Below, one piece after another: positions 23,412 to 24,619 of a stretch of DNA of 24,619 bases; position 1 is the first letter of the stretch; each line of letters starts with the position of its first letter. The position numbers and the translations under genes were made by a program. The notes beneath the pieces were generated by a model. That model had not been told where the DNA came from. It ran no database searches and saw nothing but the letters and a program-made list of their open reading frames with translations. Origin of the DNA: an uncultured Oscillospiraceae bacterium (lineage in GTDB: Bacteria; Bacillota; Clostridia; Oscillospirales; Butyricicoccaceae); NCBI GenBank assembly GCA_964582395.1, contig CAZOSH010000001.1, positions 1-24,619 on the forward strand, in the 5' to 3' direction.

Positions 23412-24574
23412 AAAGTGATCCTTTCGACCCCCGCTACTGCTTCGGCAACAAGGGCATCTATATCAAGCTTTGCTTCCTGCTTTTCAACATTTTCCAGCTT
23501 GGGTCTTGTCTGGGGATGCTTGGGAGTAAATACCGTACAGCAATCCTCATAAGGCAGCACCGAGGTCTCAAAAGTGCCGATCCTGCGTGAAATGGCCACT
23601 ATTTCTTCCTTGTCCATACCGATAAGAGGACGGAAAACGGGCAGATCGGTGCAGACCGCATTGGTGCAACCCAAGGCTTCCATAGTCTGACTTGCCACCT
23701 GACCCAGACTTTCACCGGTGATAAGGCAACCGCAGTTCTGATTTTTTGCCACCTGCTGAGAAATACGCATCATCATTCTGCGCATAACAAGGGTGAAATA
23801 ATCATCAGCGCACTTTGCGCGGATCTCCTCTTGAATATGGGTAAAGGGAACTACCGAAACGGTTAGCTTGCCGCTCCACTGTCCCAAGATCGCGGCAAGG
23901 TCAAGCACCTTTTGCTTGGCTTCCTCCGATGTATAGGGATAGCTGAAGAAATGCACTGCCGAAAGGTCAATACCTCTCTTTGCCATACACCATCCCGCAA
24001 CGGGAGAATCTATGCCGCCCGAAAGAAGCAACATTCCTCTGCCGTTGGTGCCTGTGGGCATACCGCCCGCACCGGGCAGACGTACCGCACCGATATAGGC
24101 ATATTCCTCGCGGACATTGACCTCAACATTGACGTCATAGTTTTCCATATCCGGCTTAAGATGGGGGTAAGCATCCTGCAGATAACCGCCCACCATCACA
24201 CCTATTTCGGGGGATTTTACGGGAAAGCGCTTATCGGCGCGCTTTGCGGTAACGCGGAAGGTCTTTGCGCCCTGCAAAACATCCTTCAGGTATTCCGCAC
24301 CAACACGGCAAATATCGTCGATGTTTTTTTCACAGACCGCCATCAGGCACACCGAAACAATACCGAAGACCTTCTGACAGACGGGAATTGCATCCTCTGC
24401 GGTGGAATTGCCACGAGGTTCAACATAAACGGTAGACTGATTGCAATGCACGTCAAAATCGCCAACGTCTTTAAGACGGCGGCGGAGTATAGAGCAGAGC
24501 TTGTCTTCAAATCTGCCTCGGTTGAGACCTTTGAGGATAAGTTCACCACATTTAAGTAATAATATCTGCTTCAT
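23408..24574 (-). CDS. thiI: tRNA 4-thiouridine(8) synthase ThiI
   Basis: GELILKGLNR, THUMP domain, PP-loop LLSGGIDSPVA, TGESLGQVASQT, EDCC. ATG 24574 follows AAAGGAG. Confidence 0.95.
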   Translation of the reverse strand: MKQILLLKCGELILKGLNRGRFEDKLCSILRRRLKDVGDFDVHCNQSTVYVEPRGNSTAEDAIPVCQKVFGIVSVCLMAVCEKNIDDICRVGAEYLKDVLQGAKTFRVTAKRADKRFPVKSPEIGVMVGGYLQDAYPHLKPDMENYDVNVEVNVREEYAYIGAVRLPGAGGMPTGTNGRGMLLLSGGIDSPVAGWCMAKRGIDLSAVHFFSYPYTSEEAKQKVLDLAAILGQWSGKLTVSVVPFTHIQEEIRAKCADDYFTLVMRRMMMRISQQVAKNQNCGCLITGESLGQVASQTMEALGCTNAVCTDLPVFRPLIGMDKEEIVAISRRIGTFETSVLPYEDCCTVFTPKHPQTRPKLENVEKQEAKLDIDALVAEAVAGVERITL

Positions 24575-24619
24575 AAAAAGAACTCCTTTTTTGGAAATCG
24601 CGCCTTTCACGCCGAATGC

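Overview
This is a chromosomal window from a Bacillota/Clostridia organism. The gene set and intergenic repeats suggest a gut Oscillospirales-like genome (inference). Left to right it holds: xpaC-telA on the minus strand, with telA fused at the window edge to an unrelated ABC-permease fragment; proC; an accessory cell-envelope locus (829-aa lipoprotein, 32-aa membrane peptide, BlaI-family repressor, ~1590-aa BlaR1/M56-type sensor); and a long minus-strand housekeeping run (thiI, cinA, walR, walK, yycH, yycI, murA, folD, tldD, pmbA/tldE, DUF896). Two things stand out. (1) The M56 sensor has no recognisable penicillin-binding domain. It instead carries a ~340-aa beta-propeller-like module that occurs twice more in the neighbouring lipoprotein, whose promoter is preceded by a phased array of WalR/OmpR-like boxes. 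(2) Five long intergenic regions carry copies of an ~80-nt hairpin element (GTAC-N5-GTAC apex) with compensatory base changes and strand-specific G-U pairs. Two copies bring the Shine-Dalgarno of tldD and walR, and others are interrupted by GTAG-type REPs. No rRNA, tRNA, CRISPR array or transposase was seen. All calls come from reading the sequence; no searches were run.
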